Shown: one piece after another, positions 51,745 through 64,000 of the stretch
Position numbering within the stretch: position 1 is the first letter of the stretch
Layout: each line of letters opens with the position of its first letter
Assembly (NCBI GenBank): GCA_038087875.1
Contig: CM075988.1
Span: 15,006,001-15,070,000, forward strand
From: Malacoraja senta
Taxonomy: Eukaryota
Direction of reading: 5' to 3'
Length of the DNA stretch: 64,000 nt
Program-made: the position numbers and the translations under genes
The notes under the pieces: model-generated
The model's input: only the letters and a program-made list of their open reading frames with translations
Database searches by the model: none
Told to the model about the DNA's origin: nothing

Positions 51745-52110
51745 ATTTCGGTTTGTCAGGAGATGCTGAAGGAACTGCGGAGTATTGTGTCATGTCATGA
51801 GAGCATTAGGTCTCGGCGGAAACGACGCTCGATAAGGACACGTTTCAATCAAACTGAAACCTCGCGTGATGTGAACACCATGAGCCTGAGCAATGGGAAG
51901 CTATGCAGTGGCACAATGCCGGACCCTGTTTCCCAGCGATTGGCACATGAGGCTGCCTTGGCAGTAAGAGGCTGCACCCACATTCGCGTCTGTCCAGAAT
52001 GCCGTCGATTTCAGGGCATGAGACCCCGGCCTATGGAGTCACCAATACAAAGTGAAGAAAGTCTAGAGTGGGAAAAAGCCACAAGTAACAGCAGTGACCA
52101 AGAACAGTAG
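51745..52110 (+). CDS. GRIK4: GluK4 terminal coding exon (cytoplasmic C-tail, TAG stop)
   Basis: cctcAG|; [17 protein letters not shown]...LSNGKLC...[28 protein letters not shown]...SEESLEWEK..*; this tail is GluK4-type rather than GluK5-type. Confidence 0.95.
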   Translation: MSVCQEMLKELRSIVSCHESIRSRRKRRSIRTRFNQTETSRDVNTMSLSNGKLCSGTMPDPVSQRLAHEAALAVRGCTHIRVCPECRRFQGMRPRPMESPIQSEESLEWEKATSNSSDQEQ

Positions 52111-53141
52111 GACAATGGCAAAAAAGACCTCCAACACAAAGACCACTGTGCTCGGGTGAGCTCTGCCCACTGCGAGAGGGGAAATATCCTCTGCGGTGGG
52201 GGAATGCAGAGTGCAAGCCTTGGGCAGCGGGTTCTGAAATAATGAATGTTGTTCATTTTACACAAAACGACATTAATAATGCACTGTGGATCTTCTTTCT
52301 TCAATCAGGGCAGCGGCAGAATTATTTCTGTATATTCTAATATGAAACAAAGTGCCAAATCTCACATTCCCATTCTCAGAGCAGCAAGGTCTTGAACCTC
52401 AAGCTATGCACTTCTGTAAACCTCTCCCTAGGCCTGGAAGGGGGGCCATGATCAACATAAATCAATTAAGCGTCACTGAACAAGTGGCAGAGACACAAAA
52501 CCATTGATATACAGTTTCTACAATGGCGCACAATTCTTGGTTATGTGAAACCTCCTTCGCATAAGCCCAGGGTGACTGGATGGGGAGAAAGAGAACAAAT
52601 GCTATATAAATCCCCCATCTCTGTTTCATCATCCTGTGTGGTAGAAATTGGACTCGCACACTAACCCAGATTGAAATTTGTGAAATGATTCTATGCAATT
52701 CCTGTGTTACAAAGATCGGTACATTAAACTTTAATTAAGGATCTTCACCTTCTGCCTTTTTCAGAAAAAAATCATTGCTCTCTCTTGTTCTACCTTCTGT
52801 GCTCTCCCTGTCATTGTAAAGAAATGTATAGCTGAAAGATTTCTTAATATAACATAAACTTGTTGGAATGGACATTTCCATCTGTCAGAATCAATCTTCG
52901 TGTTTAATGTCACCATTTAAAGAGGAGAAAGTGCTGATTCATGCAAATCCTGATTGAAAGATCATTTACAGGTCTTCCAAACACACCCAGTGTCTCTTAG
53001 GGTTGAAGTTGGTATTGGTGTTATAATTTTAAAAACCTAAAACTTCCTGAGTTCATTAGATTTTAAATATATATTATTTCAAGCTATTGCCCTTTAATTG
53101 TGGTGTTTCTTATTATAAAAACTGATTCTAAATTATATTAG

Positions 53142-53361
53142 AAGGTAGATAAAAATGCTGGAGAAACTCAGCGGGTGAGGCAGCATCTATGGAGCGAAGG
53201 AAAAGGTGATGTTTCGGGTCGAGACCCTTCTTCAGAAGTCTAAAGAAGGGTCTCGACCCGAAACGTCACCTATTCCTTCGCTCCATAGATGCTGCCTCAC
53301 CCGCTGAGTTTCTCCAGCATTTTTATCTACCTTCGATTTTTCCAGCATCTGCGGTTCTCTC
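53142..53361. mobile_element. Near-perfect fold-back Penelope-derived element with 14-bp TSD
   Basis: ~95-bp inverted arms; TSD CTAAATTATATTAG (53128-53141) / CTAAATCATATTAG (53362-53375). Confidence 0.9.
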
Positions 53362-55419
53362 CTAAATCATATTAGGGCATTTTTGCATCCTTTACTGTAA
53401 CAGATTTTACTCATTTTGGAACGGTGAGATGGGAAGGAAAGACAATGCTATCCTCCATCTCAAAGATTTGTGTTGTTATCAGGATGTGCGATTTTCCTCT
53501 CTATAAATATCAGGGAGGTTCTGATTTATACTACGTGTAGTCTCAAGTTAAATTGGAAGTAGACATTGGCAGGATTTATATTTCAGCACAAAATTAATTC
53601 ATCAAAATGTTCAACATTATGAGCTGGCAACCTATATCCTTGCCCTTCACTAAGATAATCGTTCACAATGTATTGCTTGTTTAAGGTAAGATGTGATGAA
53701 TAATGCACAAAGCTTCATGTGTAGCGTACCCTATTGATCATTACCAACTGCAGCAGTATTCTCTTCCTCAGTCATACTGTCTCTTACTTTATTTAGGCAA
53801 GAGTAAAAAATTAAAAATGTGATCAAAGTTACTTCAATTCCATGCTATATTCTTAAGAAATGCAGCAAGTTTATTTCAGTCTGGATATTTTAAATGTGAC
53901 CAACCACTCATACTGTGTGAGACACATGGACTGAGAGCCAACTAAACTTGTCAAGGGTTACATTCTGATTGTTGATTCAGATCTCGGTCAAAGTCATTGC
54001 TATCTAACACCTGGATTATGCCAGAATGTCTCGCTCTCACATGAAATCATAAGAGGGAAGGGGTTGGGGATTACACCCACACCCAACACTAAGATCAGTG
54101 GACCTGGCACAACCGTCTGACTTCATACATTGTAAACTGTTTTTGTAAATGTTGACACCTAGAGTAAAATTTAGCTACCCCAACAATTCACACACATCTA
54201 TGACTGGAGTAGGTAATTCCAAGACTCAAGAGAGAGTCAAAAAGTGTTTTAATTGTCATTTGTACCGACAATAGAAGAATTAAATTCTTATTTGCAGCAG
54301 CATGACAGGCCAGTGATCACAATACATATTATATGTTACAACTAATCTACTCTATAGCAGAGCTTGAAAAGAAGGTTTTGTCCCTATCCTGTCATTGCAA
54401 ACTGTAGTTCTAACAAAAAAAGAAACTAGACTAAAAAAATATCTTTCACAATCTTGGGTTACTTCAACTAACCAATTTAATATTTTTGACTTTGACTTTG
54501 ACTCCCTTATGAGGAAATCTGGCATCTAGTTTTTACACAGTAAGATTCCACATTTGACCCTAAGGTAATAAAAATTGTGATTTTTTTTGTGATTTTGGTT
54601 AAAGGTTAAGTTTGTGTCTTAATGTTCAGTTGGATGAGTAGGGGTGCTTCAATTCAACGCTCACCCAAAATATAACTGTTCCAAAAGTGCATCACTTGAT
54701 CTCTGTTTGAGGGTTGAGCCCCCAATGTTCTGAATCAAGATGGAAAGTTCACCCACTGACAAGAATAATGCCCCATCTGCACAAGTAGCAAGTACTTAAA
54801 TTAGCAATTCTGTTTTCTGATTTCGGGACAGGAAATTATCTAGAAGTAATCTGGATTAACATTTCAATTATGCTTCTATGTCACGGTTTTTAAAAACTTG
54901 GCGGATTGCAAATAGGTGCCAGGCCACAAAATGGGTATAATTCCATGTGAAAATCACTTGTGATGATTCCTGAATCAGTACATTAGATGGTTACATTGTT
55001 ATGATCTATAGCAATTATAAAAATACTGACATGAAAACAAGCTAGGCAGAAAATAACTCTAAGTGCTGGCATAATTCAGCGAGTCAGGCAGCATGTCTGG
55101 AGAACATGGATAAGTGACGTTTCAGGGCAGGACCCTTCTTCAGAAGCTATGGCAGGTTCTTCTTCGGCACTCCCATGGAGTCCCATGATTTCTGCCACAC
55201 TGGACTCTGTACGTTCTGATATGGCTGATGAGGCCAATGTGAGATCCGAAATACTGCCACAAGGACAGAAAGAGGCACTTGTTGACCTATAAGCTGGGTA
55301 TCTGGGAGACGGTGTGTTCCTTCCACCATTTACATTGGGCTGGTCTGTGATTCCAACTTGGGACTCAAGATTCTCAAAGCCATCCCCAGTTTTCCTTCTC
55401 CATTTTGAACAGTTCTAGA

Positions 55420-56320
55420 CCAAAGATAATAAGACTATATAAAACTGAAGCAGTAGTAGTCCATTAGGTTCCTTATACCTGGTCAGTAATCTCTTATTTC
55501 AGTGCTATTTCTACACTAATCATATATCTCTTGATGTCACTAATTCAAAGAATCATATTGACATCCGTCCAGCAGGCATCTGTCTAGTTAAAGTAGTGGA
55601 TTTCAAAGATTCATCCATCATCGGGTCGATGAAAACATTTCTCATCTCAGTGATGTGGAGTGTTGATAGAGGGAAACCTGTTGGATCTCAGTTGCAGAAG
55701 AAAGTGGAGGGCTCGATAGCCTCTCTGAGTCGTGAATATTCAGTTCCGCATTCTGAGATTGTGAACCCTGATTCTACAAACTCCAGCCAGTGTAATCTTT
55801 ACTGTCATTCTTCAGATGATTACATCTCCTTCTCCTGAACATGAGAACACAGGTCCAGTATGTTTAATTTTTCTGTATAACCCACCACCTCAGCAATCAA
55901 TCTGGTAAACATTTTGCAGTATTCTCTCTGTTGTAAATATATCCTACCTTGGGCAGAGAGAAAGAATCTGTTGGGAATTATTCAGTATGGTCTCACTAGA
56001 GCTCAGGAATGGGAACAACAGATCTTTTATGCTGAAAATCCTCTTGCAATAAAGGCCAACATATCTTTTGTCTTCAGAATTACATTCTGAACGTTGAGTT
56101 TTGAGTCAAGGCCATAAGGTTTCTCAAACCAGCAGTCTTTTTCAGTCTCGCACTATTAAAAAAAAAATCTATTGCCCTTTTTTTCTGCTAAAGTGTTTTT
56201 TGTTTTTCATATTATATTCCATGTGCCATCTCCTATCCCATTCACACAGTCTGTTATTTCTTCCAAAGCCTCTCTTTATCCTCCTCACAGCTCACAATGC
56301 CATGCGATAATGGGAATTAT
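55420..56320 (-). mobile_element. Ancient CR1 fragment
   Basis: Degenerate 3'UTR and RT-coding motifs. Confidence 0.6.
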
Positions 56321-56439
56321 TCATCCAAGGATGCTTTGAGGCTTGGAGATGGGTCTATTTTATCATCATAATCATACATTCAGCAAATTCATCACTGCAC
56401 GACTAAAATCTACCCTATTCGCAAATTCATTTGCACCAT

Positions 56440-57540
56440 TTCTGACTTTTCTCTTAATTTTCTGGATCTCTCTGTCTCCATCTCGGGAACAAAACTATCC
56501 ATTGACATTTATATAAACCCACTGCCTCACACGCTATCTAGACTACACCTCTCCCCATTGAGTCTCTTGCAGGAATGACATCCAAGAATGACAGTTTCTT
56601 TGCCTTCACCGCATTTGCCTCAATATGAGGGTTTCTATTCCAAGACATCTAAAATGTCACATTTCATGAAATTTGTTTCCCATCTCACATTTCCTCAATT
56701 TCCTGGACTTCTGCTTCACACCTCCATCCTCCAATCAGAACAGAGATAGTTCCCCTACTCTGCACCGTTCACCCTGGTAGCTCCACATCCAGCAGATAAT
56801 CCTTTATCATTTCTGCCAGCTACAACAGGCTCCCACTACTAGCCACATCTATTCTTCCCACTCCTTCCGCCTTCCATGACCACTCTCTCTGTGACTGCTT
56901 GGACTTCTCATCACTCTCCACCCACTCCTCTCTGACCCCTGACAAATTCCCCTGCAACTGTTCCTACTCCTACCTCATCGCCATTCAAGAACCCAAGCAG
57001 TCCTTTGCACACTTCTCCTCCAACGCCATCTACTGCATTCAGTGGTCATGTTGTAGCTTCCTCTACACCCGTGACTCCCAGTGCAGACTAGATTACCATT
57101 TCCTAGAGCACCTGCATTCTGTCTGCAATGTTTGTCCTGAGCCCCAATGCCATTTTGATTCTCCTTCCTATTCCCACATCAACTTGACCAGACTAGACAT
57201 TCTCCACTGTTACAATGATGCCCAAAAGCAAACTAGAAGATCACTTCATTCCTCAAGAGAAAATAGCACCAGAGTGTAGTGACGTTTTGCCAGCAGCTGG
57301 GCAGGGTAATTTTAAATATGTACAATTTAAACTTTTAATGCTAAGAAAAGCAGAATAGATCATCATAACGTACAGACTCTTGGGCCAATTAGATGAAATA
57401 GTGATTACAATCCAGCTATCATCTACTACCTACTGTCTCACCCCTCCCCCTCTCCTCTTTATACTGGCTATCTTCCCCCTCCACTCTCAGTCCTGATGCA
57501 GGGTTTCGATCTGAATCATTACCATTTTGTTTGGCCTCTT
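56440..57540 (+). mobile_element. Decayed Penelope-like element (RT C-terminus, GIY-YIG endonuclease, pLTR)
   Basis: YLDYTSPH-coding stretch near 56530; ORF 56899-57279 SSNAIYCIQWSCCSFLYTRDSQCRLDYHFLEHL resembles PLE GIY-YIG; ends in a degenerate CTGATG..GAA core. Confidence 0.8.
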
Positions 57541-58106
57541 GATCTCACAAAAACAATTAAATACAACTGTTGCAATGAATGAGCTGATACATGTTCACCT
57601 TATCCCTGCAATGAATTCGGGAGGATTTTGCAAAAATGGGTCTGTTGGTAACTCTGTAATGGTTTGAAGTGGGTGCTGTTGATAGCCCATGTGTCAGAAG
57701 TGTACAGGAGAGTGCTAGGTGAACCATTTGCTTTGTGTCAGAGGGAGTGTTGTTGGACTGATGATAGGAAATGTTATGGTTTATGTTTGTTTTCAGGATG
57801 AGGTTTTATTTTGTGGACGTGAAGCATAAGGTCCATTCTTTCATACACCTCAGTGAATGAGATGACAATGACTTGGAGCTTGTAATCATAACCAAGAGTC
57901 ATTAGATTATAGCAGCTTCGTAACTGAAATTGGACTCTGTAGGAAGGAACTGCAAATGCTGGTTTAAACCGAAGATAGACACAAAATGTTGGAGTAACTC
58001 AGTGGGACAGGCAGCATTCATGGAGGGAATGGGTGATGTTTCGAGTCGAGACCCTTCTGATGTTCCATCTGTAGTGGAAGTAATAAAGATTAAACAGTTA
58101 CCCAAG

Positions 58107-58296
58107 GTACACAAAAATGCTGGAGAAACTCAGCGGGTGCAGCAGCATCTATGGAGCGAAGGAAATAGGCAACGTTTCGGGCCGAAACCCTTCTTCAGAC
58201 TCCATTTAGCTCCATAGATGCTGCTGCACCCGCTGAGTTTCTCCAGCATTTTGGTGTACCTTCGATTTTCCAGCATCTGCAGTACCTTCTTTAACA
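58107..58296. mobile_element. Fold-back Penelope-derived element, 15-bp TSD AAACAGTTACCCAAG
   Basis: TSD at 58092-58106 and 58297-58311. Confidence 0.88.
58171..58198 (-). ncRNA. Minimal hammerhead ribozyme-like core
   Basis: CTGAAGA-A-GGGT TTCG GCCC-GAAAC-GTT on -. Confidence 0.6.
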
Positions 58297-59399
58297 AAAC
58301 AGTTACCCAAGTTTCCTTTCGGCTAGCTCCACTCTGGTAAAAAGCTTATTGGAGATAAGGTGTAACACTATGGTGAAAAAGATTGAGGTGGCTGACTTGA
58401 GTGCAGACTTACTTGACACCTGTTTGCACAGGAATTGGGTATGTTGAGAGCCCATTAAGATCACAGCTTTCTAGCTATCATGAAGCAGATGCAAAATGTC
58501 AGCAAGTTTTGTATGGGGATTTAAGAATCTCTCACAGTTAAAGGTTGTTGTGTGGTCAAAAGAAACCCCTGCATTTCTCTTGAAGTTGATATGTTGTGAA
58601 GTTTATGTACATTTTACTTTTTAGATGGACAGGATCCACACTGCAATTCAGGGAGCAGCTTTTTAGCCTCTGGGAGGAGATAGTTGAGGAAAATGACTTG
58701 CACTTACTTTATTATTGTGGCAGTATTTGCAGCAGAGCCAGATTGAAAATAATATTTATTGTTATTCAGCATGACACCTATTCTCTTGTACTGTTCTGTA
58801 AATGAGTCGATAACTTGACAGAACGGATATCAAGAGTTATGGGGAAAAGGCAGGAAAAAGGGATCAGGAGGCAGAGATCAGCCATGATTGAATGGCAGAG
58901 TGGACCTGATGGGCCGAATGGCATAATTCTACTCCTATAACTTGTGAACAATGATTCGTATCCCAATATGGGCATATTCAAGTATTACCTGCTTACTCCA
59001 TTTTAATGAGTGAGGTAACTTTTGTTTCAGAGTGGAGACAATTAGGTATGTATGTGCATGTGAATGTGTGTGCTCACTAATGTTAAATGGACATAGGCTA
59101 CTGTAAGATAGTTTGCAAAGTTGAATCTCATTCAATTAAAGGCACAGTGAGAGTATAAAGTTGGCTAAGCAGAGTACTGTACAGGTAAATAACCATTTTG
59201 AAAGGATGGAGGTATACAGTAGAGTTCTTCGATGTTGGGTCACTGCTGCTTTTGATATATATTACTGTAAACAAAGGTCATTAAATTGGATTTTTACATT
59301 TTCATCATATCTGTCCCACCCCGCCTCTTTTGTTCCTGAATTCTTTATTGGTTTTGTTATGTTTAGGTTTTTCCATTACAAAGCAAACCGAGCCAATTT

Positions 59400-59990
59400 C
59401 TCTTCATAGGGACACAAGAAACTAGAAATGCTAGAATCTTAAATGAAAAACAAAATACTGGAGGGATTCAGCAAGTAAGACAGCATCAGTGGATGGCAAT
59501 GAACAAATGATGTTTTGAGTTGGGGGTAGACAAAAGTGCTGGACAAACTCAGCGGGTGCGGCAGCATCTATGGAGCAAAGGAAATAGGCAACGTTTCGGG
59601 CCGAAACCCTTCTTCAGACTGATGTAGGGTGGGGGAGGGGGGAAGAAGAAAGGAAGAGGAGGAGCCAGAGGGCTGAGGGAGAACTGAGAAGGGGAGGAAC
59701 AATAAGGGCTATTGGAAATTGGAGGTCAATGTTCATGCCGCTGGGGTATAAACTGCCCAAGCGAAATATGAGGTACTGCTCCTCCAATTTCCGGTGGTGC
59801 TCATTTTGGCCATGGAGGAGGCCCAGGACAGAAAGGTCAGATTCGGAATGGGAGGGGGAGTTGAAGTGCTGAGCCTGGCTGAAACGATCGCCAAGCCTAG
59901 CTAGATTAGCTGACATCTAGAGCAGCGGATGCAATAGATGAGGTTGGAGGAGGTGCAGGTGAACCTCTGTCTGAGTTGGAGCCCTTCTTG
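59400..59990 (-). mobile_element. Penelope-like element 3' portion (GIY-YIG remnant, pLTR with hammerhead core at 59590-59617)
   Basis: ORF 59614-59916: RLGDRF..HFNSPSHSESDLSVLGLLHGQNEHHRKLEEQYLIFRLGSL. Confidence 0.85.
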
Positions 59991-60288
59991 CATGTGATGA
60001 TAAGTTTGGAGGTGGTATTGAACGCCAAGTTATAGTTGTGTTGTGATGGACAACAGCCTGACATACTGTACGTGTTCTTATTTTCCAAGTGGTCAGAACC
60101 TTTGCAGGTTTGGAGTACTTCAGGGTAGGGAGCATGATCCATTGTGCACTCTAGTATGATTAAGTTACTTGTAGGTAGAGATACCTTCAAATTACACCAT
60201 TACAGTTAAAGAATTTAAATTTGAATAATTAAATAAAACTGGAATAGAAAAGGCTTGTTACAAAAATTAAAATTGGTTTACTAATATC

Positions 60289-60416
60289 CGTCAAGAGAAG
60301 GGTCCCGATCTGGAATGTCACCGATACATGTCCTCCAGAGATGCTGCCTGGCCCGCTGAGTTACTCCAGCACTTTGTGTTTTATTCAAGATTCCAGCGTC
60401 TGCAGTTCCTTGTATC
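60289..60416 (+). mobile_element. Penelope-derived repeat, 12-bp TSD TTTACTAATATC
   Basis: TSD at 60277-60288 and 60417-60428. Confidence 0.8.
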
Positions 60417-61049
60417 TTTACTAATATCTTTCATGGAAGCAAATCTGCCACCCTTATACGAATTGGTCCATCTTGTGTATACAGACCTACGAACATGATT
60501 GGGTGTTAAATGTTGCATGAATTCAGGGGTAATTAATGATGGACATTAACGGCCAGTATTGTCAGCAACATCTACCAAACAAAATAAATTGCAAAATTTG
60601 TTTGTGGATGTCGCTTATTGCTAGGTCAGATTCATGCTAGTTTACTTTGCAAGGTCAATCTGTGAGGAATATCATTGATTCCTCCTTGGCCTGCTGAGAT
60701 CATCCAGCACCAGGTATTTTGATCGAAAGTTATTGTTTTGGGTTTTTTGTTTGTTTGGAAATTACCCTAAAACGGAGCCTCGAAACTGAGGTTCGTTGCA
60801 TCCTTACACGTCCCCCAGTTAGTTTAGGGTTATCTTCTTCTAACAATCTAAAAATCGTTAGCAGTCTCTTGTGTGTCCACTATCATTGATCTGTTTACTA
60901 CAAATTAGTGTAATGGGCATCACTCCCTGTGAGATGCAACCCATTACCGTGGGTGTGTCTTTCTGCCGGTTCCAGGGATCAGTCTGTGCACAATGCAACT
61001 GGTTATGGAGATCGGGATGGGGGTTATACCAATCGCCACAATGAATTGG

Positions 61050-61450
61050 GTGAATAGATTGCACGTTATTCCGGCGGTGAGAGCCCTTGTTTCCCGCGGT
61101 CTATAGCTTTGGGCCTGGGTCCAGGCCTTTGTTGCCATGGTGATGCCGCGGGGCGGTCACGTGTCACTGCTGTTTACGCATATCACGTGTTTGCTGAAAG
61201 ATGTTGTGACGTCAGCTCCGCAGGCGCGTACTCGGGAGGCGCGCTCTCGCGGCCGCTGTCGGCAGCAAAACAGACCGGGAGCGGAGGCGGGAGGGTGAGT
61301 CCCGGTGGCTGAACGGGAGGTGGGGAGAGCGGGGCTGTGCCGGGAATGGAGAACACGGTGGTGACACCGCGGCCTCCGGTGACTGAAAGGGGGCACAGGC
61401 CCGAGGAGAGGGGGGGGGGGTGTCAAGTTGGGACGGGAGGGATTAAGCTG
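61050..61450 (+). promoter_or_regulatory. CpG-island promoter with probable non-coding first exon (donor GTGAGT at 61295)
   Basis: Non-repeat CpG-dense stretch; X-box-like GTTGCCATGGTGAT 61131-61144, GC box 61151-61156, TCACGTG at 61157-61163 and 61183-61189, CRE TGACGTCA 61207-61214. Confidence 0.75.
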
Positions 61451-62871
61451 GAAGAGGGCACTGGAAGAAGGTCGAAGAGAAATCGCAGGCAAGGCAAGGG
61501 TTAAAAGTGGAAGCAAGAGGTCACGGTGGTCAGCTGGGCGGATCTAATCGGTGGAGAAGGATCAAAGTAGAAGCTGTTCGGGGGGGGGGGGGGGGGGGAC
61601 ATCGAGAAAGGGGTTTCAAGATGGAGAGAAGAAGGTAAAGGGCATTAAAAGGATTCAAAGAGAGTGACGAAATTGGCAAATTGAGTGGAGTGTACGAGGA
61701 AGGACGATGAAGGAGACCATGGTTTGTGATGAGGGCAAGAGATGTGGATTGAGGGAAAGAATGTTAATGGGAAGGTTTGATGAGATTAATGTATATTGCA
61801 AAGTTGGGTGGGTATAATGCAAAAGGACAAAACAAATCATGAAGACTGAAGTTGGTTGTATCCTTACGGATTCCCCAGTACAATGTAGCATTGCCATCTT
61901 CTATGACATCCTGACAATGTTTTAGCATTTTGTTCAAAGGTCAATTGCCTATTTCTAGATGTCATTTCTGTCGGTTACTTCTAAGTTACCTTGTCCCTTT
62001 CTCGGTAATCATAAAGGGTATATTTGTTTACAATCCTTTCAGTATTTTCATAAGAGCCAATGTCAGACTGATAAACCTGTGGCTTCCTGGCTTAGGATTG
62101 GTTTCCTTTTGGAACAGCCAGGTGCCAGTTTAAGGAAGCATTCTGCTATCCATCTCTATTGAAGTTGTGGGCATAGGTCTCAGCAAATCTATGTCCCATA
62201 TCTTTAATCAACTTTGGAAGGATATGTGGACCCAGAGTCACATCAAGTATAAACTGCTTATTTTGTCTAAATTACATTACTTTTCTCTTTATTAATTTCA
62301 ATAATAATAATAATACAGCCAACCCAATCTGAAATACTAAGTATCATCTACCAGAGTATTGTCAGGCCAGATAAGTATTTCATAACTCTGTCATAACTTA
62401 TCTGTCTTTTTTTGTCAATGTCTTCTTTCCACTCTGCTTTGACTTGCTTGGTTTGTTCCTTTGGTAGTCCCAAAGGCTGTGCTGACAGGTATGGTTAGGA
62501 TGCTTCTATCATCTGTACCTGAATCTATCTCTTCCAGTGCAAGAGCTGCAGACTTGTTCTCAAAGCCTAAGATACAATCCATAGTTCAGAAGGAAGTGAA
62601 GTCAATTGGAAAATAAGATTTGCCCATCGTCTAATTGGATTTTTCACCAGGTATTTTGAATTCTCCACTTCTTTTACTTTGCAAGTTGTCTGCGTAACAG
62701 ACTCGGGGCTCGAAATAATTAGAGCAGATGAAGGAACAATAATGTCTAATGTTGATTTTTTTGTTTTGTTTGCAAACTTAAATATATTCTAATTTTATAC
62801 CGGAAATGCTCTTCTCCAGAAACTGGTTTGGATCTACGATATATTAAAGTATAAGAGAAATAAAGCGGATA

Positions 62872-64000
62872 TAATAATAATAATAATAATATAATAATAT
62901 CTTTTATTGTCAGTGCAACGAGATTTAGTATGCAGCTCCACCGATGTACAAGAAAAGTAAAATAAATAAATAAGCAAGCATGCTGAGTGACGTGACCATC
63001 CGAGGGAGATTGTCCAGGGGGGGTGGGTGGGGGGGGCACTCAGCAGGGCCGGTTCAGAGCCGCTATAGCTCTTGGAATAAAGCTGTTTCTGAGTCTGGAG
63101 GTTCGGGCGTAGAAGGCCTTGTAACGTCTGCCGGAGGGAAGTAGTTCAAGCAGTCCGTTACAAGGGTGTGATGAGTCCTTATGGATGCTGACGGCCTTCC
63201 TGAGGCACCGTGTGTGGTAGATGCCCTCCAAGGCTGGTAGCTCTGTCCCAATGATCCTTTGCGCTCTGTAGACGACGCGCTGAAGAGCTCTCCTCTCCGC
63301 CTCCGTGCAGCTGAGATACCACACAGCATACGTTAATATGCTCTCTGTAGTGCAGCGGTAGAACGTTGTCAGCAGCTGTTGGGGCAGACCAGTCTTTTTT
63401 AATGTCCTCAGGAAGAACAGTCGTTGCTGTGCCTTCTTGACCAGCGCAGCGGTGTTGGTGGACCATGTGAGGTCCTCTGAAATGTGAGTGCCCAGAAACT
63501 TAAAGCTGGACACTCTCTCCACACTTTCCCCGTAAATGGAGATTGGGGCGTATTCTCCATTATGGGACCTCCTGAAGTCAATAATCAGCTCCTTGGTCTT
63601 GGAGGTGTTTAGTGACAAGTTGTTATGAGCGCACCAGTTCGCCAGGTTCTGCACCTCCGCTCTGTATTTTGTTTCATCACCGTTGGTGATCAGCCCAATC
63701 ACTGTTGTGTCGTCTGCAAACTTCACGATGGTGTTGGTGTCGAATGCAGGGACACAGTCGTGAGTGAAGAGGGAGTAGAGCATGGGGCTTAGTACACAGC
63801 CCTGTGGTGTGCCGGTGCTCAGGGTGATAGTGGAGGACAGGTGCGGGCCCAGTCTCACTGCCTGCGGTCGCTCCGTCAGAAAGTTCAGGATTCAATCGCA
63901 TATCGGCGAGCTGAGGCCCAGCTGGTGGAGTTTGGTGGTGAGCTTGGTGGGGATGACTGTATTGAATGCAGAGCTATAGTCAATGAAGAGCATCCTCACA
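62872..64000 (-). mobile_element. Young Rex1/Babar LINE, extends beyond the window
   Basis: ORF 63040-63858: GTPQGCVLSP, KFADDTT, KTKELIIDFRR; the upstream frame continues [17 protein letters not shown] with one TGA; (TAT)n tail. Confidence 0.92.

Noticed and set aside
52723..54572. Definite GRIK4 polyadenylation site
   Set aside because: Candidates exist (ATTAAA 52723-52728; AATAAA 54567-54572 inside an old SINE) but cannot be chosen without transcript data.

Overview
Eukaryotic (vertebrate) genomic DNA, most likely from an elasmobranch (shark/skate/ray); the taxon is inferred from HE1/V-SINE-like, Deu-SINE-like and CR1 repeats. The + strand carries the last 13 coding exons of a high-affinity kainate receptor subunit, best matching GRIK4 (GluK4/KA1). 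The exons run from 21 to the stop at 52110, all have GT-AG boundaries with consistent phases, and total 2136 nt (711 aa, from the distal ATD to the C-terminus); the 5' exons lie before the window. Introns and the downstream region are full of retroelements: young CR1 LINEs (one with an uninterrupted 700-aa RT ORF), Rex1/Babar LINEs, tRNA-derived SINEs, a solo LTR with a 4-bp TSD, and decayed Penelope-like elements (PLEs). Two PIF/Harbinger-type MITEs are also present. The most notable non-genic system is about 20 short PLE-derived insertions. They carry minimal hammerhead-ribozyme cores (CUGAAGA-stem II-GAAACGUH), often fold back on themselves, and several have 11-15 bp target-site duplications. 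A CpG-island promoter with a probable non-coding first exon at about 61.05-61.45 kb starts the next gene, possibly TBCEL by human synteny. Exon and TSD coordinates were read by hand; boundaries of old repeats are approximate. No database searches were run, and comparisons to known proteins and repeat families are from memory.
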